A DNA stretch of 64,000 nucleotides from the human T2T-CHM13v2.0 reference genome, Homo sapiens: NCBI RefSeq assembly GCF_009914755.1, contig NC_060926.1; one strand, written 5' to 3'. Shown piece after piece: positions 29,889 through 47,000 of the stretch; the first letter of the stretch is position 1, and every line of letters starts with the position of its first letter. The position numbers and the translations under genes were made by a program. The notes beneath the pieces are model-generated. The model did no database searches. It was not told the DNA's origin and worked only from the letters and a program-made list of their open reading frames with translations.

Positions 29889-30855
29889 GTTTGTCCAAGC
29901 ACACTTTCCAATATGCTTACCATGTTATAACTTATCTCCTCTATAGATGTGTAGACAATTATTAGTAATAGTGATATCTAGAGTAATACTTGAGGAGGGT
30001 GATAGGCTGTGTGTACGTGCTTCATGGCCTTATTCAACCAAGCACTCTGCTCTTGGTTTACTGCTAAATCCTCCTTGAGCCCTCAGATTTCACAAAGGTT
30101 TTCATGAGATTTCCTGGACATAGAAAATGTAGCCCATTTCTTGCCACCTCACGGGTTACACCTTGACCTAACGTTTTTTATGTGTATACTTATGCTTAAT
30201 CTATAACTTTTTTAGGGTTTGCTGAAGATGGTGATATACAGACCGGGGGCAAGAGATGGTGAGTTGTATCGGGGTTTGTCTATTATAGAACAGGCTCCTC
30301 TAGAGGGATGTAAAGCACCGCCAAGTCCTTTGAGTTTTAAGCTGTTGCTTGTAGTAGTCTGGCGAATGGTTTTGTTAATGTAACTATTCGACTTTAGGGC
30401 TAAGTGTAGTGGGGTATCTAATCCCAGTTTGGGTCTTAGCTATTGTGTCTTCAGGGTATTAAAGCCACTTTGTAGTACATTTGATTTCAGCTGGAGTTTT
30501 TTACAACTTAGATGGAGTTTTTTACAACTTAGCTTTATTGAGGATAGACCTTAAACATTCTTTATGCCGAGTTCTATTAGCTTGTGTTAATCATATGGCT
30601 GTGGTGGCTGGCATGAAGTTAACCAACCCTAAATATTAGTAAAGCTCAGTCAAGCTTTTGTTTATTACTAAAGATTTATCACTGCTGTTTCCCATAGGGG
30701 TGTGGTTGAGCAAACTCTTTTGAGCTGCATTCGTGTGTGCTTGATACTTGCTCCTTTTAATCTGGGTGATCTAGAGGGCATTTTCACTGGGGTGGGGATA
30801 CTTGCATGTGTAATCTTACTAAGAGCTAATAAAAAAGACCAGGACAAAACCTATC
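29889..30855 (-). pseudogene. mt 12S rRNA pseudogene
   Basis: Contains reverse-complement 12S motifs gtggggtatctaatcccagtttg and gcaccgccaagtcctttgagttttaagc. Confidence 0.95.
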
Positions 30856-30926
30856 TGTTTATGAGGTTGTGTGAACCCATCTAGACATTTTCACTGTCTT
30901 GCTTTGAATACTTAAGCTATACTAAC
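30856..30926 (-). pseudogene. mt tRNA-Phe pseudogene
   Basis: tgtttatgaggttg...agacattttcactgtcttgctttg...taagctatactaac matches the reverse complement of tRNA-Phe. Confidence 0.88.
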
Positions 30927-31502
30927 TGCATGGAATACGTAAGTGAAAATTAAAATATGAGAAAGAAAGAAGTAAATACAAATGGTTGTTTACAGTTCTG
31001 GAAATTCAGGTTCTTTAAAGTTGAATTGGCAGAGGTTTGGCTGAGAGGATGACTCATAATTTGAATATGGTTGATTTAGGGGTATGTTATATTGGGGCAG
31101 TGCTTTCAGAGGGATATGCTCAAGGTATTATATTAGTATTAGGGCAGAGGTTTAGTTACTCTATTTATTATACAGAATGGAGGGTTTATTTGGTAGGAGG
31201 GCCTTAAGATTTTTTAGAAAATTACATCAATTGAGGTGTAGCTGTTGGAGCGTTCGTGGTTAAAATATGATTTCTGGGCTCTGACTGGGTTGCATTTTAG
31301 TATCTTGTTTTTGGGGTTTGGCAAGGGTACATTTACCTAGGTTGATGGTAAAGGCAGAGATGGAGGGAGGGGAGTTTGCAGATGTAATCGGAAATAGTTC
31401 TTCAAATTGAGCATAGGTGCGTGGGGGTACATGCATGAGCGTATATGCGTGAGCATATGTGCGTGAGCATCTACTGATTAATTGTTATGTCCTTCAAGCA
31501 TG
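30927..31502 (-). pseudogene. mt control region fragment with CSB3, CSB2 and CSB1
   Basis: Reverse-complement CSB3 ttgtttttggggtttggca (about 31306-31323), CSB2-like ggagggaggggagtttg (31362-31378), CSB1-like ttatgtccttcaagcat (31485-31501). Confidence 0.85.
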
Positions 31503-31503
31503 A

Positions 31504-32159
31504 TATACTTCTCCTCACATGACAAAAACTAGCCCCTATCTCAATTATGTTTCAAATCTTCCCATCAACAAACCTGAACATCCTCCTATCACAATTCTAT
31601 CCATTATAGTGGGTGGTTGAGGGGGACTTAACCAAACACAACTGCGTAAAATCCTAGCCTACTCCTCAATCACTCACATAGGTTGAATAATAGCAGTACT
31701 AATTTATGACCCAAACATTACCACTCTAAATCTGATTATTTACCTTATCTTAACAACAACTGCATTTCTATCACTCAACCTGAGTATAAGCATCACAACC
31801 CTGTCACTATCTCATGCCTGAAAGAAATTAGCATGGTTGACACCTATAATTCCACTAATTCTACTATCCCTACGAGGTTTACCCCCATTACAGGGTTCCT
31901 GCCTAAATGAATAATCATCCAAGGATTTACAAAAAATTATAGCCTTGTCACCCCAACCATTATAGCTATCATAACCCTACTCAACCTGTACTCTTACATA
32001 CACCTCATTTATTCCATCTTGGTAACACTATTCCCCACATCTAATAATATGAAACTAAAATGACAATTCGAAATCGCAAAACCCACACTACTCCCTCCTC
32101 ACTTGTCATCTCTTCTACCGTCCTCTTACCCACCTCTCCATTAATACTAACTATAACTT
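31504..32159 (+). pseudogene. mt ND2 pseudogene (3' part)
   Basis: cttctcctcacatgacaaaaactagcccct translates to LLLTWQKLAP in the mitochondrial code. It is frameshifted and ends at tRNA-Trp. Confidence 0.93.
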
Positions 32160-32543
32160 AGAAATTTAGTTTAAATAAGACCAAGGGCCTTCAAAGCCCT
32201 TAGTAAGTAAATGACACTTAATTTCTGTAACAGACCTAAGGGCTGCAAGACTCTATTCTGCATCAGTTGAACGCAAATAAACCACTTTAATTAAGCTAAG
32301 CCCTTACTAGACTGGTGGAATTCAAAACCACGAAAATTTAGTTAACAGTTAAACCCCCTAATCAACTGGCTTCAATCTACTTCTCCCACCATTGGGGGAA
32401 AAAGGCAGGAGAAGCCACGGCAGGATTGAAGCTGCTCCTTTGAATTTGCAATTCAACATGAGAAATCACTTCAGGGCTGGTGAACAGTGGCCTTGACCTC
32501 TGTCTTCAGATTTACAGTCTAATGCTTGCTCAGCCATTTTATA
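32160..32543. pseudogene. mt WANCY cluster pseudogenes: Trp(+) 32160-32227, Ala(-) 32237-32305, Asn(-) 32307-32379, OriL 32380-32414, Cys(-) 32413-32478, Tyr(-) 32478-32543
   Basis: Sequence and order match the mitochondrial WANCY region, including the OriL hairpin cttctcccacc...ggcaggagaag. Confidence 0.9.
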
Positions 32544-32562
32544 CCCCCGCCGCCGCCCCCCT

Positions 32563-34069
<1,507 letters not shown>

Positions 34070-34209
34070 TGAGAAAAGAAGGAATCAAACTCCCAGAAAC
34101 TGGTTTCAAGCCCATCCCATAACCTCTATGACTCTCTCGATAAGATATCAGTAAAATTGTTACACAACTTTGTCAGAGTTAATTTATAGGCTAAACCCTA
34201 TATGTCTCA
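34070..34209. pseudogene. mt tRNA-Ser(UCN)(-) 34070-34138 and tRNA-Asp(+) 34142-34209 pseudogenes
   Basis: They lie between COX1 and COX2 and carry the motifs ctggtttcaagcc and aactttgtcagagtt. Confidence 0.88.
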
Positions 34210-34313
34210 ATGGCTCATCCAGTTCAATTAGGCCTTCAAAATGCCACATCTCCTATTACAGAAGAAGTACTCACTTTCCATGACCACGCCCTTATAATTA
34301 TTTTTTATAATTA
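34210..34313 (+). pseudogene. mt COX2 pseudogene, 5' fragment
   Basis: atggctcatccagttcaattaggccttcaa translates to [10 protein letters not shown], followed by FHDHAL. It is truncated at a (CA)n tract. Confidence 0.9.
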
Positions 34314-34378
34314 TACACACACACACAATTTGGCAAAAGGTTGTTTGAGAGGAACTTATCATATATAATAAAAATGAA

Positions 34379-34697
<319 letters not shown>

Positions 34698-36114
34698 GAT
34701 GTATATTGAAAACTGTACTCAAAAAGTGAAACAATACATTTTCATCTCAAGGAACTAAGAGACAAGAAAACCAGGCTAGCAGGTGTATTGTGCTTGCTTC
34801 CGTAATGTTCTTAGTAAAACTTAATTCCTAGAGTGAGTTTCAGTTGACCTGGAAAGCCTCTTCTTATAAATAGAGTGTCAAAGGCCTTCTATGGTGTGGG
34901 TCAGGTGCAAGTCCTTACTTTCTCAAAACAGCATTAAAAAGGCAGCTGAGCTGCCACTTGATCTTAGTGCATTCTTTTTTAAACACATTTTAGATTCTGT
35001 TAGTTCTCTTTGCTAATATTTTATTCAGAAAAATTGCATCTGAATTCATAAGTGATCTTAAGTTCTTTTGTTTTTTGTTTTATTAAAACAGGTCCATAAA
35101 AATCTGTTTTATCGGTATTTTAGAAAAATGATCTTTTGGATTCATACAGATTCAATGTATCCTTTCCATGTCTGATGTTTTTCATATATTCCCATTTCCA
35201 TAATTTAGGGTTTTATTTAAAAATATCTTTTGAAAACAGTGTGATTTCATTCTGTGTATACATTTATGCAAAGTTAGATGTATTGTATGTCTAATGCACA
35301 CAAACTGAAGCTGTACTAAAATACATCGAGGGTAAATTTTCTTGCTACTTTTTTATTTCTTATTTTTTGCTTTACTACACAATACCTTAGAAAGGCACAT
35401 CTATTTTACCTAAATATTTTCATATAGAAGGAGTAACACAAGTTGGTAATGTAATAGAGGAGGTTTAATTGTACTCTATCTCGAGAATTCTATTTCAAGA
35501 AAGCTAGTTATATGTAATACAAAGTGCAATATTAATTAGGAGTGGGTCATTACTATGATATGTAAAAGTCACTGAAAAAAAAGTTTAAAACATGGACAGA
35601 ATGAATGCAGGCAGAACATCTGGTTAAACAAGTAATTAGTCCTGGAATTATGTTCATGATTATAGTGGTATCTATGAATTTGCCAATTCCCCCTCTCCCA
35701 CTTCAGTTGTTAGTTGGTATTTGGTTCTAGAAAGCAACTAAGAATGAGTGATGTACCTGGCGTAATCAAAGAAAAAGGTTGTAGGGACTGGAGCAGCTGA
35801 GGATTGTTCTTCTCAGTGTCTTGATGAGCTAAACCTATGAGAGACAACCTTCTAGTTACTAAAACACACTTAAAATGTAGAAACATAGTTAAATGTCAAT
35901 GAATATATAATGAAAATGTAACTGTCACATATTTTAAAAATACTTCTGTCCTCATATGGTCAATTCATATAAAAATTATAATTGCAAGGTCCTTTATTCT
36001 TTTGTCATAAGAAATCACCCTTGGATTGACACATTAACTCATTTATTGCTCGTAATAGCCCTATGAAGTTGATAATAATAACAGCTCCTGGGCAAAAAAA
36101 AAGAAAAACCTATG

Positions 36115-36762
36115 TGTAATCTTTCAGGCAGGAGCACAGACAATTACTTTACCTGGCAGGCCTCCTGGGGCTTCAAAGCTGTCCTCCCACGCCAGACTTG
36201 GTGCCCAGTCAATGCACTGCAGTCTCTAAGGGGGTTGCAGTAAGACACTCAGGGTTTGCTGACCAGCCATGTCTCATATATGTCTCCCATCCTGGCCCAG
36301 GTACGCTATTCATAGACCTCTTTATTAAGGTCTTTTGACAGCGGTTTTCCTTAGGTGCTTTCACTAAAATCTCCTTAAGGGGAGGAAGTAAGGGGGCCTG
36401 GAAGACACCTTTTCTCCACTCTGACTCCATACTTAGTACTTTTCACTCAGGCCTTCCCACCCCTCTCTCCTTCAAGCTTCCAGGTTCATAAAACTTTCAG
36501 AACCATTTTTTTTGCCACTCCCTCCTCAGTGAAACAATTCCCCATGTCTGCACTCATCCATCTGACCCTCAGCTGGCACTGTTCTATGGAAGAAACATGA
36601 GACTGTGAAGTTGATGCTTTTTCTGGTTTAGCCTTTGGAATAAACTATTGCAGTAAGTGATTAAAAGCTTGACTGTTATCCTCATTTTTGCTTGTCTGAA
36701 TTGACCACTGTCACCTAGCAGCTTAGCTGTCAGCTCAGCTCAGCTCAGCTCAGCTCTTGACA
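36115..36762 (+). mobile_element. Old LTR (family uncertain) splitting a MIR
   Basis: TG...CA ends (tgtaat...cttgaca), ATTAAA near the 3' end, and MIR halves on both sides. It includes a (CAGCT)n run. Confidence 0.45.
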
Positions 36763-36961
36763 CTCTCTGTCTTTTATAGGTAAGGAGATAGAGTGACTGA
36801 GGGCATAGATGACTTGCTTAAGGTCAAATTGCTGGTAAGCAGCAGTGCCATGATGTAAATAAGTTGCCCTCTAAAATTTAAGCAAATAGGAATATACAAG
36901 AACATTAATATGGAAAAATAGAGAAACAATGATTTCTCATCAGAGAAGATGGTGTAGTTCA

Positions 36962-38391
<1,430 letters not shown>

Positions 38392-38394
38392 TTC

Positions 38395-39985
<1,591 letters not shown>

Positions 39986-42322
39986 AAAATATATTATTTA
40001 TGCCTATCACTGCTTGAAAATGATATTAGATATTAATCCTACTGCTAATATTTTTAATTTAATGTATGAATAAGCATATTACTATATTAGGTATCTGTTT
40101 CTTAAGCATTTTGATAAATGTATCTCAACCTAACTTATTTTCCTTGTAATCCATTGTAATTCATTTTATGTATTTATTGATTGCAATGCATTCATGAATT
40201 AAAGTATTTGTTTTGTGCTCATTTTTTCTTCTAAAAATATTATGAGAAGAGGTCAATGGGCTTCACCAGGATGCTACAGTGTCCATTGCCTCAAAAAATA
40301 TTAAAAATTCAGAGTTTGTTTTAGTAATTTAGACAGATGAAGTCTTGAACTAGGGCAATCATAATAATAAATATGTAAAATCAAGAAATGGGCAAAGATC
40401 AGGATGACTCGGTGATTAACTCCCAAGAGCCAAGTGAAAGTAAAGATAATAATGACCCCCCAAATTTTTAACTTGGTTGAGTGATTGGTTGGTGGTATGT
40501 AGTTCTAGGGAGTCATCAACCTAGAGGTTGCATTTAAAACCCTGAGAGTGTCTGAGATTACCCCTGGGGAGAAGACAGAGAAATAAATTGACTAAAGATA
40601 AAACCATAATAGTCAAAAAACAGTCAATTCATTATTAATAGCTATGGTGTCATGCAGTACATATAATGTGTCAGCAAATAAAACTACTATGTAAATAATA
40701 AAACTTTGGCAATCAATTGGTAGTTAATTTGTAAAAGACCATTGGTTATGACTCTACTCTGCATTTATAATTTTTGCACCTGCAATTATTTACATGAAAA
40801 AAACAATACAGCCACAGTTGCCTAATTATAGGCACAACCATCCAAATTTGTCTTCAAAAAGAATAGCACAAAGAGACACCATCTGTGAAAGTGCAGCAAA
40901 CCCCTCAGACCTTTCCTGCTCCAAATTCTGTAAGGCTGGTGGGCACACTTCCCTTTTGGCTTCTGTCTCAGGCTCTATTCTTGCACGATCTTATTCATGC
41001 CTTACAGACCAGTCAGTCTGATAAGCTGAGAGTCAGCAGGTCTTTCCTTTTACCCAACCAATATCCACACCTCCCCACCACTACCCTGCCAATATAATAT
41101 GTGCAATAGCATGGGCAGACTGAAAACAGAAGGCATTTCTGAAACACATCATTTGTCTTGTTAATGTGAAAAGATTCCATTTTTCTCACATGTAATTTTA
41201 CAAAGTAGGCAACATGAATGCCATAAAGGGAAAATCCCATACAAATTTCTGTTCAAAGGTGACAAGAAAATTATGTTACTCTACTTTTTACATAAAGTTT
41301 TAGCCATTTATTAAAAACACAGCTGTCAGTTTTGATCAAATACATTCATATTTCCCATTATATTATTAGGGCCATGATGAAATTTAATAATTGTCCCTTG
41401 GAGTTTGATTTTTCACAAAAATGTCATAACACAATCAGTAATATAGCAAATAATTATTGAACTATGTTGAGACAGTTATGATTTCAGGTGGGAAATATAT
41501 AATAGATGAGAAATATAAAACCCAGGTTAACACTTGATGAAAATTCTGTTTTCATACAAATGTCAGTAATAATAAATGTGGGGATCACATAGCCTGCTTT
41601 ATGAAAATGAAACAGATACCAGACAGAATAATTTTCAAAGGTTTAAATCATGGTTCAAATATTACTTGCTTATTATTAAATCATATTAAACACTTTAAAT
41701 CTGATAAATTCTTTGTGGTAGAAAGAATACACATTTTAAGAATGAGAAATTCAGTAGTTTATTCGACTAATGACTAAAATCAGACTGTAACATGTTTCTT
41801 CCATATGAAATCTATATTTCTCCATTCCATAAGTGTTTGAAATTATCATAAAGTATGACCACGAAGGCTTCAGGGGCAAATGAAGGCTTAAGAATTCTCA
41901 ATGTTCACTAGTTTTTACTTTTTTATTGAAAAAATTATAGTGAATAGGAAGGTACATTTTTGTTCTACTACCTTTGTCTCAATGGGATATGGGTCACAGA
42001 GACTTGAAGCAATAGTTAGATACCAGCCTTAAGTTTGTGGATAGTGGAACACACATTTGTACATTGGAAGTATGATAAAGTAATTTAAATTAAGCAAAGA
42101 GGAACATGTTAACAAAATGAGAATTTGTGAAGAGGAAACATGATTTCCAAAAGAGAATTAGCTAGAAGTAAAAGGTTGATCAGCCATTTGTTCTGCCATA
42201 TATAACTGAACATTTCAATGAATGCAATCAAAGTTCAAAATATTAGTAATGACATAATAAGCATAACTCATTCATCGCCACATAGGGTAGAACATTTTGA
42301 GAAATTAAAAAGAATAATTCTA

Positions 42323-42541
<219 letters not shown>

Positions 42542-43539
42542 TTAACTATTTTCAATGTTAAATTAGAGTCATGTTGCTAATAGCCAAGATATCTTTTAAA
42601 ATATCTTTCAATGAATCATATACATTGATTACAGGAATTTGAAAAGATTAAAAATTACAAAAGTGAAAAACAACCACTCATATTCTACACTCTGAGAGTA
42701 ACACTCCTAACATTTTGGTATAAATGTTACAGTCTTTTATCTGTTTTCTTCCCTGGAATTGAAATAATATTTTATATAATATTTTATAACCTGCTTGTTT
42801 AGTTTAATATTATGTAGTGAGTACTTAATGGTAATTACTACTCTGTATTTTAATGAGAACAGGATATGTCATAGTATAAATTAAATGGTAATTATTTAAC
42901 CAATCCTCTCTTGTTGGTAATTTAACTTATTTATCTCTCATTGGTCTTTACAACAAATTTCCACACATGACATTCCAAGGTCATAGAGTGTGGATAGTTT
43001 TAAGATTTTTGGTATCAATTGTCATATTATCCTTAGAGAGATTGTTTCAGTCAAGGTGACATTGACTGCAGTCAGTAGGTAAGTAATTAGCACAAAGTGG
43101 AAGCTAAAATTAATGCCTCAATCACAAAAATGTTGTCATCTCAAATGAAATCGATAAGATTGCCAATTATTCTTAACAACACAAAGCAATGTATAACAAA
43201 TCCTGTGGTTCACTGAAGTAAGGATACGGCTGTGGGATAACATGCACTAAAGCCAATTTGTACTTGATTCTTTATTTCACAACACTGGCCTTGATTAGCT
43301 AATTTGTCCTCCACAAACAATGACTGACCACAGAAATGAATTCTCTTTCGGATAGCTTTAAGTTATCCAGGAAAATAAAAACTGAAATATATCCTCTGAA
43401 AATATTATTCTTATTATTTGAAGAAATTAGCTACAAATACACATAGCACCTTCCAGCCCAATATGTACCACATTTCCCCTTCCTGTTCAATACAAAAGCA
43501 ATTTAAGAGAAATCATGCATCAGTCCATAAAGTGTTCAA

Positions 43540-44021
43540 CTACAATTAATCAAAACCCAATCAACAGTTTATAGAGATAGGGGATTTCTTTTTTCACATA
43601 AGAAACCTATAGGAGGCAGTTGCAGATATTAGTTCAGCTGTTCCGCAGTGCCCACTATCTGTTCTGCCATCCTCAGTGTGTCAGTTTTATTCATTTCAGG
43701 CACAAGATGGCTGCTACATCTAAAAACTAAACTGCAGTCCTTCTGAATTGCAGGCAGGATGAAGTCACAAGAGCAAGCAAGAGACTTCCTCCTAGTGAAG
43801 CTGTGACTTTTTATTTGAGAAGAAATGCTCTCCTTGAGGATTATGTCTGCATTTAACTGGCCAGAACAATATCCCATGGTTATCTCTACCGCAAGAGAGA
43901 TTGAATAAGTAACTATTGAGGTGGAAATATTGCTACTGGGACAAAACCCAGACCAGCAGGGGTGTTAGTGAGGAAGAAGAGGGACATGGATATTGGGAAG
44001 GCAACCGACACCATCTCCCAC
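43540..44021. mobile_element. MLT1-family MaLR LTR relic
   Basis: tggccagaac...catggt...ggatattgggaaggcaac motifs. Similar relics lie near 820-1850 and 49790-50235. Confidence 0.55.
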
Positions 44022-47000
44022 GGTAGCCTTGAGAAATTCATCTCTCTTGTGTGGAACCCCAAGCTAAGTTTGTAGGAGTCATCTTCAACTGAAGAGAGAT
44101 AAATGAAAGGAACGTGTCACACCACAAGAGGCTTATTTGTGGACTGGTGGTCACATCCCAAGTGCCTTACTGCATTGCATGTACGAAACCCTCCAGATTA
44201 GTTTTGATATTGTAGTTCTTTCTACATTTAAAATCACTGCCATTTTCATCATCAGTCATTTCACTGACTATTGGTTCCATTTTGTCGGTGAGGAAAAAAA
44301 AAGAAAAGAAATTAGATCATCTTTCTACTTCTAAAACCCAGTTCATTATTTTTTATGACCTAACCATACAACCTTCATCAAAGCAGAAGGGAGATGTAAG
44401 ACGTAAGAAAGATTGTGAAATGGATTTCTACATTAATGTTTGGCATTAAGTTTTTATCTACGAAATGTGATGATCTCATACTAATAGCTTTCTCATGAGA
44501 CATTAGGTGATGCTCTTCTGCTCTAGGAATAATTTTCCATTAGGTGACAAAGAAAGGAGATTTTGACTGCTATCCAGGAAATAAAGGTTATTTTTCAGTC
44601 TACATTTAGAAAAGTTCTACTTAAAAAAAAAAGTGAAAAGGTAATAGCTCAAACATTGCAGAAAGAGTGTATATTTTTCAGGAGTCACATTGTATTTCAA
44701 ATAGTTCATACAAAGGAACACAGTATCCATCTCCAACTTCCTATCTAAAATTTTTCAAATAGAATCAGATTATATTATACTGAATAATAGTCTTATCAAA
44801 TCCCTTTCTTCAACAGTATTAATCTGCTATGAATGTTGACATTTGTTTCTTAGAAATAGTCTGTTCGAGAGCTTGGCTTATACTTGGAAAAGGGATTTAG
44901 AAAGGAGACAATAATAAATCCAGCATAATCTTACACGTTAACATTTCAAATTAAGACACATGATCAATCCAGATGATACTTTTATCATTCCTAATTCAAA
45001 ACTCAGCATCTGCTAGCAATTCTGGTCAGGAGGATTTATAAATGTTTAGCAATTAATGATGGGTAGTTTATTTATGTATTGTTTGTTTTCCTTGAAAATA
45101 TTCTTTTTTCCTTTATGTTTGGTATACACCCTATTCTGCTGTTGAATGTCAAAGCCTCACAGTCAGAGAATGTAGAATTTCATTGACACTTATAGGACAG
45201 TTTTAATGTACAGTCTTACACTTTCTTTTGATTAATTTGATTACCTAAATATGTGTCAGAAAGTAATGTTATAATGGCATTTACATATATTCTTAAAGTT
45301 TTCATTGATTTTGTAACTTTACATTTTTAAAATATGAATTTGACATATTTTTGTGAGAAAATATACTCAGGTATGTTTATTACTGTATTAAAAAAATTCT
45401 AGAGAATAGATACTAACCTGTAAGAAAGTTCTTAGAGATACAAATTATTTACTTGTTAGAAGGACTGCCTAATGTTTCTGTCTTGGTTGACTACAGAGGC
45501 TTGACCGCATTTTTTAGATAAGAAAGAGGGACAAGGATTAGGAAAAGAGAAAAGTTTGTTTAGATGTTTATCTAATAAGAGTACAAAAATGTCTGGCTAT
45601 ATTTAGATCTTGTGGTGACACACAAGAATAACAAAGTTTTCCACAAGTTTTATCAAAGATTTTACAAAGGAATCACCTGTGTTACACCAACCAACAGTTT
45701 CCCCCCACTAACATGAAATAAAGTAACAAATAAATGTTAAGAAAGATAGGCAAAGGAGGCACACATTTAATTGATACTCAAAGAAAGATGCAAAGTGTCT
45801 GGATGAGTGCAGAAGCTAAAAAAAAAATGTTGAATGCGTGAATGAGTTCAAAGTATCTCATTTCATTTTATTTTACTTCCACTGCAGAAAATTATCAGAG
45901 TAAATTGAGAGAGACACAGATAGATTCTTGGTCATTGAATCAATTGATAGAAAAAAGCTGCTATGAGTTTTCTTATCATATTATACACAAATATTTCTGG
46001 CAAGTTCACAAAACAGAACTGTCTCTTTTTAATAAATGTCATGGTTAAATAGAGTAAGATATATTAGACATGACATCGATGAAAAAAGTATCATTTCATT
46101 GCTGAAAATTTCCAGTAAACACTTAAATATGTTTGTGTCTCAAACGTTTCCGACTAGATTAATGCATGCAAGTTGAGTAAAAGATGTCACGAATCTTTTT
46201 TTATTTAGAGTAAATTGTAATCTACACTATTTTCCAATATCTTGAATTTAACTTATATATAGCATAGTATTTGTAGCTGAGATATAATTAGACTAAGCCC
46301 CATGAAGGTAAGAAATGTTTTTCAGTGCTGTATCTATAGCATCAAACCTAGAGCAACAGTCACTCCATGAATAATTGTTAGATTTAATTGTGTATGGAAA
46401 AAAAGTACCATGGAATTTGCAATCAATATTTATAAGGTAACTTCTATTGTAGTTCCTAATTTTAAATTATATTCTGACCAAATCAAAGTAAGAATGAAAG
46501 TTATCGTTTCCCATAAACACTCTACAGGTTATCTTGACTGGTCCTATGTTTCATAAAGTATGAAGCTGTTACTGTTTTGTTCAAAACCATATCTCCAGTT
46601 TCAGTATTATGCAAGGCTCAAGGTGATACACAATAAATATTTGATTAATTGAAATATCTATACAGAATATCTTGAATTTAAGAAAATATATATATATAAT
46701 TCTGTGGTTAGAGAAAGCCGAAAGGAAAATAGCATTTATTATATAAAACGCATATAACTGATAATATACAATATTACTGCAGACAATACATTTGATATTT
46801 ATAAGGCATTTTTACTCCCTAACCTATTTTGTACACAAAACTCAATTATTAGTTACCAGGTAAATAATGACGATCTTTAGCTATCCCATACAGACCAAAT
46901 TTCTCTAAGCCTGTGCAAATCACCTTGCATATGCTACAGAGAAGCCTAAATTTTCTTGTATTGAACTGTAAGTCTACCTCACATTGTCCTTACATTTTTC

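Noticed and set aside
31408-31470. CRISPR-like or other spacer array
   Set aside because: These are contiguous tandem units with no spacers, in a eukaryotic context; treated as a D-loop repeat.
36144-36160. U1 snRNA 5'-end-like ttacctggcagg
   Set aside because: Only about 12 nt match, and it lies inside a probable LTR.
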